DNA of 64,000 nucleotides, taken from IMG/VR virus record IMGVR_UViG_3300045988_144812, positions 64,001 through 128,000 of that record; one strand, 5' to 3'. Below are positions 33,617-43,779 of the stretch, in pieces. Numbering within the stretch: the first letter of the stretch is position 1; the number at the start of each line of letters is the position of its first letter. The DNA is from a virus. The notes beneath the pieces were generated by a model. It searched no databases. It saw only the letters and a list, made by a program, of their open reading frames with translations, and was not told the DNA's origin. The translations under genes and the position numbers were made by a program.

Positions 33617-35962
33617 ATGATTATTGGTGAAAACAATATTATTCAGACAGGGTACGAGCCTCATTTACATCGAAGAAGAGATTCTAGAGCTTATTTGAAT
33701 CCCAGATTTGAATCTATTACAGATAACTTCACTAGGAGTATGTATTCTGTAGCTGATGATTATATTTCTAGTGCTACGCCAGAATTCCAAACAATGGAAT
33801 CCGCTCTTTTAGAAGCTAGAAAATTATCCAAAGAACTTATCCCTTTTTATTTTAGATTTTTTCTAAATTCATTTTTATTCAGAGTAAATGATTTTACTCT
33901 AAACGGATCTAAAGATTTCAAATACGCTTCTACTCGAAACACTACTTCAGTTAAAGAACAAATCTACGAACCTATTGTATATAAGAAAATAGATATTAAA
34001 GGTATTTCTATGCTTTATAGCCCATACAGAAAGTTAGAGTTCTCAGGAGTTAGTTATGGTGGGGAGAATCCTAAGAATTATGGTATTAAACAAGGATTGA
34101 TTGAGAACAGTGCCAATACAGAACCAAAATATTTAAATGAGCTTAAAGACTTTGCGATTAGGATTAACAGCATGTTATTTCCTACTAATGAAAGATTTAA
34201 AGCAGATAAAGAAATTTACAAAACCAGTTTTAAAGGAAATGGTAAATTACCTACTATGGCGTATTCTCCTGAGTATTTCGACTTAATGAAGGAGATTAAT
34301 CTATCTAACTCGGTTGGTAAGACATACTACACTCCCAAAGAAGGTGAAGATCTTTTATTAGATAATACTGATGAAGCAGTAGTTACAAAAGATCCAATCA
34401 TTTACTTTAGTGAGTTCGATCCTTTAAAAATGACCTACGACGAGTTTAAATCTAAAGTAAAGAAAAGAGCTGACGAATATAGTAGATGGATGTATGAATA
34501 TTGGGAATCGACAGCAATAAAAAACGGAATTAATTACGAGAAAGTGATTGCTCATTTTGGAGAATATAGATACGTTCTTTCTGATTATGTGCCTAAAAAT
34601 ATCTATTTAAAGAAGAATACAACATGGAATGAATTACATGTTTCATTCTGTAAACTAGCTCTTTATATTACCATGTCAGATCTTTATAAGGTCGGTTTTG
34701 GTACCGAGACAGAAGATAAGAAAATTCTAGTCTCTCCGGATTTATTTAGAAAGAGATTAATTAAACTTAAAAAATTATTAAGAAAATATATCGATAAGGT
34801 AAAATCATTTCAAGCTTATACAGTGTCTTCTTCAGAGAGGATCGACAATCCATGGTTTCATTTTTTCCAATATAGTAATCCGAATCAAGGTAATGGTATA
34901 GGTACAGGGACTAAAATTACCAATCTTGATATTGGTGAATTTATTTTTAATTCACTAAATCGCAAGATGATGAGTTTAGTTTCATTGAATCCTTTTAAAG
35001 GTTGGATAGGATTTGAAAAACCTAACATGCCTTTATTTTATTGTGGTGATGAACTCAATGATAGTCAAGTTAAGTTATACAAAGTGAGTGATAGTCCGAT
35101 ATTTAACTTAATTACTCCCGAAATATTTGTTTATTCTGGCGATAGTGTTAAATTAACTTCCGATTTATCTAATACAGGTACTGTGATTTTAGGTGATGAA
35201 GAAGTAATAGACCTTTTATTTAATAAGAAAGGATATAACACCGCAAGGTCAACTAGTGGACTTACATCTTCTTCTTACGAAGATGAAAAATTAGAGGAAG
35301 AATTTTCAGGTAAGAAAGGAGCACTTACTTGGTTTATGGAGGAATTTAATAAACTATATTCAGTAGAACAACACCGATATAAGACATTACTTAATGCGAT
35401 ATTTGAAATTGTAAGTAAATCCGCTTTAAATAATTTACGATATGGTGTTTTATCAGGAGAAGCTTTAAAGAAATATAAAAGTTTCTCAGGTATAGATCAA
35501 GATGATGAGATTAAAATTTTATTTCTTTTAGCTAAGACTAAAGATAAAAATAAAAGAACCCACAACATCCCTCTTGATAACTTCTATAAACTTGTAACAG
35601 AACCTAAGTATCAAGTTCATGGATATAAAAATAAAATCTCTAATAAGAATGCATTAATGCTAAATGCATCTGAATGGAGTGGTAAGTTATCCGAAGCTAG
35701 TTACTTGAATGAGTTACGGACGAAAATCTTAGCATTGCCAGACCAAGTATTGAAATGGGAACATATCAAACTAATTGTGGAATATGTCTTCTATTCAATA
35801 TTACACAACATCGGTGCTCCCGATAGCCCTTCTTTGATGCCGGATACTATTAATCAAAATGACTCTATTGATAGTGCTGTAGATAAATACATGCGTGGTA
35901 ATCTATTGGAAAATATTAGTACATGGAGAGATAATATTGAACATGTCTATAAAGAGTTATAA
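33617..35962 (+). CDS. hypothetical 781-aa protein
   Basis: RBS AAAAGGAAG; very AT-rich codon use (aga, ata); no motif recognised. Confidence 0.75.
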   Translation: MIIGENNIIQTGYEPHLHRRRDSRAYLNPRFESITDNFTRSMYSVADDYISSATPEFQTMESALLEARKLSKELIPFYFRFFLNSFLFRVNDFTLNGSKDFKYASTRNTTSVKEQIYEPIVYKKIDIKGISMLYSPYRKLEFSGVSYGGENPKNYGIKQGLIENSANTEPKYLNELKDFAIRINSMLFPTNERFKADKEIYKTSFKGNGKLPTMAYSPEYFDLMKEINLSNSVGKTYYTPKEGEDLLLDNTDEAVVTKDPIIYFSEFDPLKMTYDEFKSKVKKRADEYSRWMYEYWESTAIKNGINYEKVIAHFGEYRYVLSDYVPKNIYLKKNTTWNELHVSFCKLALYITMSDLYKVGFGTETEDKKILVSPDLFRKRLIKLKKLLRKYIDKVKSFQAYTVSSSERIDNPWFHFFQYSNPNQGNGIGTGTKITNLDIGEFIFNSLNRKMMSLVSLNPFKGWIGFEKPNMPLFYCGDELNDSQVKLYKVSDSPIFNLITPEIFVYSGDSVKLTSDLSNTGTVILGDEEVIDLLFNKKGYNTARSTSGLTSSSYEDEKLEEEFSGKKGALTWFMEEFNKLYSVEQHRYKTLLNAIFEIVSKSALNNLRYGVLSGEALKKYKSFSGIDQDDEIKILFLLAKTKDKNKRTHNIPLDNFYKLVTEPKYQVHGYKNKISNKNALMLNASEWSGKLSEASYLNELRTKILALPDQVLKWEHIKLIVEYVFYSILHNIGAPDSPSLMPDTINQNDSIDSAVDKYMRGNLLENISTWRDNIEHVYKEL

Positions 35963-35981
35963 AATAAAAGGAACCTATATC

Positions 35982-36059
35982 ATGATAGTGGTAATGAGTA
36001 TTCTGTTATTCTTAACGTATGTTGCATTTGCGATAAGTTTAATAGAAGATTTTATATAA
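35982..36059 (+). CDS. 25-aa hydrophobic peptide (below the track cut-off)
   Basis: RBS AAAGGA. Sequence MIVVMSILLFLTYVAFAISLIEDFI. Confidence 0.35.
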   Translation: MIVVMSILLFLTYVAFAISLIEDFI

Positions 36060-36078
36060 ATTTATTTTTTAAGAATAG

Positions 36079-36115
36079 TACAGGACTATGGATATCCATA
36101 GTCCTGTATTTATTA
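36079..36115 (+). terminator. hairpin terminator
   Basis: TACAGGACTATGG/CCATAGTCCTGTA followed by TTTATT. Confidence 0.6.
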
Positions 36116-36146
36116 ATTTGTTTTAACTATATAAGGAATGTAAAAA

Positions 36147-37208
36147 ATGCAATACTTTATTGGTAATCTTAAAATAGCGGATTATGAAAATACAGAATAT
36201 TTAGTAAGAGAAGAGTCTAAAAGAGTATTACTCCCTGAATTGGTTTTTCTCTCTAAGAAAGTAACCGAATTTAGAAATAAGTTTCTTAATGAAAAACATG
36301 CTCGTTTATCAGTAGCTTATTTTGCTGGTACTTATCAAGTTAGCTACTTTGATTTAAAGACAGATACTTTATCAGGAATCAAAAAACTGATAAATAAAAT
36401 ATACCCTGTTTTTAAAGAGTCTGAATTAAAAGAATACCGAGCAATGGCATCTTTAGGGACTACTGAATTAGGAAAGTCAGCAATTACATCAATACCAGAA
36501 TCGATGAGAGAAGAATTTATAACTAACTTATGTTTTCTCAACATCATCGATCAAGAAGAATTTACTGATTACGATACTGAAGAGTTAGAAAATATTCGTA
36601 AGTTTAGGTTAAATTATCTTTTATATAGTCTAGTGAGTCGTGGACGATTTAACGAGGATCTCGATTATTATACTTTAGGAGATGTTTTAGGAATTGAATA
36701 TCCGTACGATTCTGATAAGTTTTCTGGTAGAAATAATTTAGTGGTTTTTATCAGTGATATTAAAGATAATATTGTTAAAATGTCACTTAGTTTTACTCCT
36801 AAATATTGGCGTAAGTCTGGTTTTAACTCCGGATTAAATCAAGTTCGATTTGAACGAGTTAGTTTTAAAATACTTTTATCTAATAATGGTAAAGATGCAT
36901 TATTACTCAATCAGCTTAATAGTGATTTTGAAACACTTACTAGCGATTACTTGCCATTAAATCTAGATATTAGAAATTTTAAAAGTAAAGGAAACTATAT
37001 CGAATGTATAAAAAAGGACAATCTGTATTTCATTAAAGTAAACGAGCATTCAGCTACTAAACTATACACATTAGAATGTGGAAAATTTAAAGCTGAAGAA
37101 ATACATGTAAATAACTTTACGCAAACTAAAATAACTTTATTAGATGTTGACTCATCTAGTGAATTTATTCTTAATTGCAAGATCTCTGAATTACCATTCA
37201 TGAAATAA
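36147..37208 (+). CDS. hypothetical protein
   Basis: RBS AAGGAATG; 353 aa. Confidence 0.7.
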   Translation: MQYFIGNLKIADYENTEYLVREESKRVLLPELVFLSKKVTEFRNKFLNEKHARLSVAYFAGTYQVSYFDLKTDTLSGIKKLINKIYPVFKESELKEYRAMASLGTTELGKSAITSIPESMREEFITNLCFLNIIDQEEFTDYDTEELENIRKFRLNYLLYSLVSRGRFNEDLDYYTLGDVLGIEYPYDSDKFSGRNNLVVFISDIKDNIVKMSLSFTPKYWRKSGFNSGLNQVRFERVSFKILLSNNGKDALLLNQLNSDFETLTSDYLPLNLDIRNFKSKGNYIECIKKDNLYFIKVNEHSATKLYTLECGKFKAEEIHVNNFTQTKITLLDVDSSSEFILNCKISELPFMK

Positions 37209-37225
37209 ATTAAAGGAAATTAACT

Positions 37226-38296
37226 ATGTATATTACTACGAATAGAGATCAAATCACTGAAACATTAAGAGAAATGTTTCAGAAAATTCAAGAACAGTAT
37301 CGTCGTGTTTCTAATAGTAAAGAATACGAAGTAATAATTTCTGTTAATAATTCATTTAGCGATGGTAATAGTATTAGGACTCTTGCTGGAGAGGTATCTT
37401 TTTCTATTAGAAAAATACCAGAATCTAAACAAACTAAAGAAAATATCTTTTCTAAAGTTTGTAGTAAGTTAGTAAGAAAATTCAAAGACGATAAAGAATG
37501 CGGGTTTAGACGTACAGTTATTCGTAAAGATATTGTTAGTAAAAATCTAAATACTTTAAATAACCTAGGTATCGATGGGTTTTACGAAGTTTATTTATTT
37601 GCTTTTACCATGTGTGACGAAAGCAAAAGTTATAGATTCGAATCTGATACGGACATTGTAGAATTACGTGCTTTTCTTGATTGGGATATCGTAATTATTG
37701 ATTGGTTAGAATACTATCGTAAATTCGTTCGTATTGCTCAACTGTATCAAATTTTGGATAGACCAAGTGTTGTCAAAGATCCTTTTTCAATTAAGAACGA
37801 ATCTGGGTATACTTTACTTACATTGATCGGATTGAGTTTTAGCGACGTTACCTATAACGACAAATACATCGATATTCGTCGTACTGAAGATAATAATGTT
37901 CAGTTTGTTGTTGAAGGTGATAACAAAGAAGTTGTATTCGATTTAGTGTTTGATGAAACACCTAACGAAAAGATGATTAAGAACATGCTTTTGATCTTAG
38001 CTGACCATACCAAGATCAATGGTATTAAAGTTAGTGAGATTACTAATGTTCGAAATGAAATCTTTAGTAATGGGGAACGATATCTTTCAGTAACTATAGA
38101 CAAACAAAATAAATTAGTGCAGATTTTATTGAAAAACAACGAAGGAACAATCATGCGTACTCTAAGTTTTTCTAATTTTAAAGCCAGTAGTACTGTAAAT
38201 GATTTATTACTTGATGCGTTTCCTAAAACCACTATTTACGTAGACGTTGATGACGTGATTGAAGTAGCAGCAAACATCAGCGAATTTTATTTTTAA
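37226..38296 (+). CDS. hypothetical protein
   Basis: RBS AAAGGAAA; 356 aa. Confidence 0.7.
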   Translation: MYITTNRDQITETLREMFQKIQEQYRRVSNSKEYEVIISVNNSFSDGNSIRTLAGEVSFSIRKIPESKQTKENIFSKVCSKLVRKFKDDKECGFRRTVIRKDIVSKNLNTLNNLGIDGFYEVYLFAFTMCDESKSYRFESDTDIVELRAFLDWDIVIIDWLEYYRKFVRIAQLYQILDRPSVVKDPFSIKNESGYTLLTLIGLSFSDVTYNDKYIDIRRTEDNNVQFVVEGDNKEVVFDLVFDETPNEKMIKNMLLILADHTKINGIKVSEITNVRNEIFSNGERYLSVTIDKQNKLVQILLKNNEGTIMRTLSFSNFKASSTVNDLLLDAFPKTTIYVDVDDVIEVAANISEFYF

Positions 38297-38313
38297 CATA
38301 AGGAGTATTTAAC

Positions 38314-38403
38314 ATGGGTGTAGTTGTAGAAGAAGTAATGCCAATGTTCGGTGATGAAGCTGAACAAGGTCAACAACAAGACAGTGATGAAGAAAAGGAG
38401 TAA
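38314..38403 (+). CDS. 29-aa acidic upstream ORF
   Basis: RBS AAGGAG and an ATG. Its last codons contain the nrdB RBS. Confidence 0.3.
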   Translation: MGVVVEEVMPMFGDEAEQGQQQDSDEEKE

Positions 38404-38407
38404 AAAA

Positions 38408-39175
38408 ATGGAATTAGGTGAAAAAACAAAACCAATGAAGTTCTCTGTATTTAATCAGACCCCTAATGACGCTACTAAAGAACAAATGTTCTTAGGCCAG
38501 TCTATTAACTTACAGCGATACGATAAGTCTAAATACCAGACTTATAATGATTTGTCAGAAAAACAAAAATCATTCTTCTGGCGACCTGAAGAAGTAGACT
38601 TGTCTAAAGACCGTATCGATTTTGAAGGTTTACCAGAAAATGAGAAACACATTTTTCTACGTAATCTGGATTATCAATCACTTTTGGATTCGATTCAAGG
38701 AAGAAGTCCGGCTATTGCATTTCTTCCTCTAATTTCTATTCCTGAATTAGAGAACTGGACAATTGCTTGGGATTTCTTTGAATCAATTCACTCTTACTCT
38801 TATACGTATATCATGCGTAATGTATTAATTGATCCTAGTGAAGAGTTTGATAATATTGTAGTAAATGAAGAAATTAAGAAACGAGCAAGAGCGATTTCTC
38901 AATACTACGATGACTTGATTATGTATAGCCAATATTATAATCTTTTTGGAGAAGGAGTTTTTGAAGTTAATAAACAAGCAAAAGATTATAAAATGTATTT
39001 TCATCATCGTATTGAGATTAGCAAACGAGAACTGATGAAAAAGCTTTATCTTTGTATGTTCGTAGTGAATGTACTTGAAGCCATTCGTTTTTATGTATCG
39101 TTTGCATGTAGTTTTAGTTTTGCTGAACGTAAACTCATGGAAGGTAATGCCAAGATCATTAAACTTATTGCCCGT
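38408..39175 (+). CDS. nrdB: ribonucleotide reductase small subunit, exon 1
   Basis: [23 protein letters not shown] and [13 protein letters not shown] motifs. The reading frame leaves RNR-like sequence after ...KLIAR. Confidence 0.85.
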
Positions 39176-39481
39176 AAACTTCGTTGCGGCTTCTACCAGT
39201 GATGGTAGTCGAATAACTCTGTTAAACGGGGAAACTCTAATATAGACAATCCCGTAGTAAAGACGTTTAAATTATATTAGTATAATTTAAACTGACAAAC
39301 TCTAACGACTATCGAAATCCTAATTATTAGAGAGAGTAGAGTAGTGGACAATCGTTTAGTTCGCCAAACGCAGAGGGTCTGTATTAATTACAGATCATGA
39401 TATAGTCTGACCCCAGTAGTGATATTGGGCGGGTGTCTTAAGCACACCGGCTACGATTAACGACCGTAGTGGACAGCTTCG
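39176..39481 (+). ncRNA. group I intron (no internal ORF) in nrdB
   Basis: Joining 39175 to 39482 restores in-frame ...IAR|DEALH.... Exon 1 ends in T and the intron ends in G. A P1 pairing (CCGU with GCGG) is possible. Confidence 0.75.
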
Positions 39482-39904
39482 GATGAAGCACTTCATTTAA
39501 CTACCACTCAACACATTATTAACACACTAGCTTCTGGTGCTGAAGGTGAAGAATGGAAACAGATTGCTGAAGAAACTAAAGAAGAATGTATTAATATCTT
39601 TAAAGAAGCAGCTCAACAAGAAAAAGATTGGGCTAAGTATTTATTTAAAGATGGCAGTATGATTGGCTTGAATGAAACTATTCTTTGTCAATATGTCGAA
39701 TACATTACCAATCATCGCATGAAGGCGGTAGGATTAGATCCTATATTCCCAGATGCTAACCATAATCCAATTCCTTGGATTAATGCTTGGTTAACTTCTG
39801 ATAATGTACAAGTCGCACCTCAAGAAGTGGAGATTTCATCTTATCTCGTTAGCCAAGTAGACAGCAATGTTAGTAAAGATGATCTTGGTGGTATTGAACT
39901 TTAA
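39482..39904 (+). CDS. nrdB: ribonucleotide reductase small subunit, exon 2
   Basis: Starts [13 protein letters not shown]..., in frame with track ORF 39659-39904. Confidence 0.8.
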   Translation, partial: DEALHLTTTQHIINTLASGAEGEEWKQIAEETKEECINIFKEAAQQEKDWAKYLFKDGSMIGLNETILCQYVEYITNHRMKAVGLDPIFPDANHNPIPWINAWLTSDNVQVAPQEVEISSYLVSQVDSNVSKDDLGGIEL

Positions 39905-39911
39905 CTGATTA

Positions 39912-39955
39912 ATAGAGTAGAGAGGGGTTTCCTTCTCTACTCTATTTATTTTATT
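39912..39955 (+). terminator. intrinsic terminator after nrdB
   Basis: ATAGAGTAGAGAGG/CCTTCTCTACTCTAT followed by a T-rich tail. Confidence 0.7.
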
Positions 39956-39972
39956 ATAAATAGGAGAACAAT

Positions 39973-40464
39973 ATGTTACCGACTATTTCAGATTGTCCTA
40001 AATATAGCCATGCTTATTTATTCAGACTGAATCCTATTAATCAATTTCTGATTAAAAAGTATCCTAGAGAAGAAGACAATAGCTTCTTAGCAAGATACTG
40101 GACGGCTTATCTTTTTGCGTCCTATATTCTTATAGATAATAATTACTCGGATAAAATAGCACCTATGGTTGTTACACCTGAAGAATTCTATAAAATTCCA
40201 AATCCAAGCATCAGTAGCTGTTTTAACGAATGGTTAGAGATGTATAAGAAAGATCGAATATTCAAATCGACTTTTGTCATGGATAGTATTCCTGGGGTTT
40301 CAGAACCTATCTTTATTGAAGTTGATCCTATTCCTGAAGATGCTGTTATTGCATTTACTGGAATGTTAGACAAAATTAAAACAGATGGGATGATCAGTCA
40401 GAAAGACATTGAAAAGGAAATTGAAGATGGACTCGATATACTTCAGAATGGTGGAACTTGTTGA
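39973..40464 (+). CDS. hypothetical protein
   Basis: RBS TAGGAGAA; 163 aa. Confidence 0.7.
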   Translation: MLPTISDCPKYSHAYLFRLNPINQFLIKKYPREEDNSFLARYWTAYLFASYILIDNNYSDKIAPMVVTPEEFYKIPNPSISSCFNEWLEMYKKDRIFKSTFVMDSIPGVSEPIFIEVDPIPEDAVIAFTGMLDKIKTDGMISQKDIEKEIEDGLDILQNGGTC

Positions 40465-42370
40465 TTTAATCAATAAATATTCCTATCATTACTATACCTT
40501 AGATGATCCTTTGGTTTCAGATAAGGAATACGACAAGCTTTATAAGGAACTCTCTCAATTAGAGGAACAACATCCTGACTTAGTGTTAGATGATTCCCCT
40601 GTTAAGAGAATAGGAGATAAAGTTTCACCTACTTTAAGTAAGGTCAAGCATAAACACATTATGGGTTCTTTAAAGAACTGTTTTGATGTAAATGATCTTA
40701 ATAAGTTCTTTTCATTTCTACCGAATCAAACAGAACTCATGGTCCAGTCTAAGTTCGATGGTTTGGCATTAGAGTTAGTTTATCGACAAGGTAAATTAAT
40801 TTCAGCCTCTACTCGTGGTGACGGGTTTATTGGTGAAGATGTGTTAAAGAATGTATTGACTATAACTTCTATTCCTAAAGAAATTCCTATTCAGAAAGAA
40901 ACTATTGTTTATGGCGAGGTCTTGATGTTCATAGATGTTTTTAATCAACTGAATCAAGAACGACTAGCTAGAGGAGAGAAACCCTTTTCTAATCCTCGTA
41001 ATGCTGCCGCAGGGTCATTGAGACAATTAGATCCAGAAATTACTCGTCGACGTCAATTACAATTCATTCCATATACAATAGAACCTAAACAAACCTATAA
41101 ATCTTATTCAGAAATGACCAGTGCTTTATCTAGACTAGGTTTCAATACTTTTGTAAAAGGTATTGTTACTTATCCTTTAGATAAAGAAGTATTAAGCAAG
41201 ATTGTTTCTGAGCATAAGGTTACTCGTAAAACAGATCAGTACGATACGGATGGTATTGTATTTAAGGTAAATGATTTAAGTTATGCGAAACCTAATGAAG
41301 GTAAATTACCTAATTGGGCTTGCGCGTTTAAATTAGACCCAGAGTCAGAAACTACCCAAGTCGTTGATATTGTCGTACAGATTGGTAGAACAGGAGCGAT
41401 CACACCCGTTGCTATTCTTACACCAGTATTAGTATCAGGTTCAATAGTTTCTAGAGCAACTCTAAACAATGCTTCTTTTATTAAGCAGCTAGATGTAAGA
41501 ATTGGTGATTTTGTACAAGTAAGAAAAGCAGCAGAAATCATTCCTGAAATTATTTCTGTGGATTTAGACAAGAGAGATCCTGATAGTAAACCATTTGTCT
41601 TTCCAGATAAATGTCCATGTTGTCAATCTCAACTAGTTACAGAAGAAACCATTACTCGTTGCATGAATAAAGAATGTGAAGAACAGCTAATCCAGAACAT
41701 ATTGCATTTTGCTTCGCGGGATGGAATGGATATTAAAGGCGTGGATGAATTCATTATTCGAGCTTTATTTAAAGCGAAAGCAATTTATTATCCAATTCAT
41801 TTATACCATCTGTCTTTAGAAGATTTAGAAAAAGTATTAGGTAAAGGATTAACTGCTAAAAATGCTTTTGAAGCTATTGAAGCTTCTAGATATACGACTC
41901 CTGAGAAATTCTTATATTCCTTAGGAATCCGTTTCGTAGGTGAAAGAATGTCTAAGCTTTTATTAAAAGAGTATAAAGACATTATGCGTTTATTAGACGT
42001 TACTTACGAGGAATTAGTAAATCTAGAAGGTGTAGGACCTATAAAAGCTAAAGCCATTTACGAATATCTTTCTAATCCAAAGAATCGTGATTTGGTTCTA
42101 AACTATTTAGTAGAATTTAAGTTTAAGAAAGAAAAGAAGCTTTCTAATAAATTAGATCAGAAGACATTCTTGATTACCGGTACGTTAACCAGACCTAGAA
42201 AGGAAATAGAGAAGCTGATTACGGATAATGGCGGTACAATGTTATCGTCAGTTAGTAGTAAGCTAAACTATTTAATTGTAGGTGAGAATGCCGGATCGAA
42301 ATTAGAGAAAGCTAAGAAGTTAGGTATTGAAATCATTGAAGAAAAAGATTTAAATGATTTCTTAAAGTAA
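40427..42370 (+). CDS. ligA: NAD-dependent DNA ligase
   Basis: YYTLDDPLVSDKEYDKLY, the adenylation motif SKFDGLA, a Cys4 zinc finger (CPCCQSQL...CMNKEC), an HhH region, and a C-terminal BRCT-like FLITGTL. Confidence 0.9.
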   Translation: MDSIYFRMVELVDLINKYSYHYYTLDDPLVSDKEYDKLYKELSQLEEQHPDLVLDDSPVKRIGDKVSPTLSKVKHKHIMGSLKNCFDVNDLNKFFSFLPNQTELMVQSKFDGLALELVYRQGKLISASTRGDGFIGEDVLKNVLTITSIPKEIPIQKETIVYGEVLMFIDVFNQLNQERLARGEKPFSNPRNAAAGSLRQLDPEITRRRQLQFIPYTIEPKQTYKSYSEMTSALSRLGFNTFVKGIVTYPLDKEVLSKIVSEHKVTRKTDQYDTDGIVFKVNDLSYAKPNEGKLPNWACAFKLDPESETTQVVDIVVQIGRTGAITPVAILTPVLVSGSIVSRATLNNASFIKQLDVRIGDFVQVRKAAEIIPEIISVDLDKRDPDSKPFVFPDKCPCCQSQLVTEETITRCMNKECEEQLIQNILHFASRDGMDIKGVDEFIIRALFKAKAIYYPIHLYHLSLEDLEKVLGKGLTAKNAFEAIEASRYTTPEKFLYSLGIRFVGERMSKLLLKEYKDIMRLLDVTYEELVNLEGVGPIKAKAIYEYLSNPKNRDLVLNYLVEFKFKKEKKLSNKLDQKTFLITGTLTRPRKEIEKLITDNGGTMLSSVSSKLNYLIVGENAGSKLEKAKKLGIEIIEEKDLNDFLK

Positions 42371-42376
42371 AATAAA

Positions 42377-42410
42377 ATAGAGATACCTCAATAAGGTATC
42401 TCTATTTTTA
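42377..42410 (+). terminator. intrinsic terminator after ligA
   Basis: ATAGAGATACC/GGTATCTCTAT followed by TTTTT. Confidence 0.8.
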
Positions 42411-42433
42411 ATCTCTTTGTAAAGGACGTAATC

Positions 42434-42682
42434 ATGTTTAATTTTATTTGTAAATTATTTTCTAATTCTCATGAGTCAGTTATTACTGGAAAACTTACTC
42501 TCAAGAATAAGGATAAGATTATTGCCGAATTAAATGGTTGTAGTCTAGTAGAAAAAGTCTTATTAAGTCGTACAGGATGTGGCGATGATATGGTGCTTTA
42601 CGTAATATTTAAGAAATCTATCAAGGTAGTGAATTATTTAAAATTACTGCTTGATGAAGTATGGAAAATAAAGATACTTTAA
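42434..42682 (+). CDS. hypothetical protein
   Basis: Leader CTTTGTAAAGGA; flanked by terminators. Confidence 0.65.
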   Translation: MFNFICKLFSNSHESVITGKLTLKNKDKIIAELNGCSLVEKVLLSRTGCGDDMVLYVIFKKSIKVVNYLKLLLDEVWKIKIL

Positions 42683-42703
42683 TAAGGTATCTTTATTTTT
42701 TTG
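42670..42703 (+). terminator. intrinsic terminator
   Basis: AAAGATAC/GTATCTTT followed by a T-run. Confidence 0.7.
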
Positions 42704-42707
42704 TTTT

Positions 42708-42734
42708 ATTTTAAACCTATAATATTAAAATGAG
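42708..42734 (+). promoter_or_regulatory. promoter-like motif
   Basis: ATTTTAAACCTATAATATTAAAATGAG, after a terminator. Confidence 0.5.
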
Positions 42735-42796
42735 TAGTGAAGGAAGGCTACTATAAATAAACTTCTTATTTTTAACCTAAATAAAAGGAATAAGAC

Positions 42797-43708
42797 ATGA
42801 AATCTTATAGTGTTATTGCTAAACAACTCGGTAGTGTATTCGCATCTGCTTCTAGTGATAAAACCATTCAGCAAACCTTAAATGACTTTTACATTTCTGA
42901 TGAAAAAGCCAAAAGAATTAGGGAAGCTAATAATGCTCCCTCTGATGCTCCAATTCCAATGGAAATCACAGGTAAGTTAGCTGCTGACTGGTTTGGGCAT
43001 CTTGATGAGATGTCTAAAAATCCAGATAATCGTGTTCGCTGTATTGAGTTAACTAGACTCTTAAAGAAATCTAGTTTATCTTATTTTCCGTTATTTTTCA
43101 CTTTATTCCACGAAATGAATAAAGTGGTCTCTACAACACGTTATAAAATGGAAATCTTTAAAGAGTTTTTAATTAGTCGTTATGAAATTGAAAATCAAGA
43201 AGAGTTTGATGAGTTTGTAGATCTTGTGGTTAAGGAAATGTGTTACCTGATGGTAACACATAATCATTACCGCAAATTCATTAAAGACAAAATGAATTTT
43301 ACAGGAATTCCAGTCGTAGATTCAAATGGCTTTAAAGAATTCTTTTATAACAGTAGCGTTGAAGAATTGGATAAAAGGGTACCAGTATATTACGATAAAG
43401 GATACTTGGGTACTACTGAAGAATTTATCCAATTACCTAATGAAGAATTAAAGAAACATAGACTTGGTACGTGTTTTGGTTTTGTTTTAAATACTACATT
43501 TGGTAATACTGAATTTATCGCAGGTAAATTTAAACCGAATGAAAAGTGTTTATCTTATCAGTTCCTTAAAGAATATCGTGATGAGAAATTGAAACATAAC
43601 AAAACCATGTTCTATAAACCCAAACATTATGCTAAGTTAATACCTGTTTTCGAAACAATCGACAATAAGAAAGTTTTGAAAATGTTAGTATTTAAAACTA
43701 TAGACTAA
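42797..43708 (+). CDS. hypothetical protein
   Basis: Promoter motif at 42708-42734 and an RBS; 303 aa. Confidence 0.7.
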   Translation: MKSYSVIAKQLGSVFASASSDKTIQQTLNDFYISDEKAKRIREANNAPSDAPIPMEITGKLAADWFGHLDEMSKNPDNRVRCIELTRLLKKSSLSYFPLFFTLFHEMNKVVSTTRYKMEIFKEFLISRYEIENQEEFDEFVDLVVKEMCYLMVTHNHYRKFIKDKMNFTGIPVVDSNGFKEFFYNSSVEELDKRVPVYYDKGYLGTTEEFIQLPNEELKKHRLGTCFGFVLNTTFGNTEFIAGKFKPNEKCLSYQFLKEYRDEKLKHNKTMFYKPKHYAKLIPVFETIDNKKVLKMLVFKTID

Positions 43709-43717
43709 ACTTAATAC

Positions 43718-43750
43718 GGAGTAGGGGTAATATTACCCCTACTCTATTTT
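43718..43750 (+). terminator. intrinsic terminator
   Basis: GAGTAGGGGTAA/TTACCCCTACTC followed by TATTTT. Confidence 0.7.
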
Positions 43751-43779
43751 CAAATTTAATTACATAAGGAAATTTTAAA

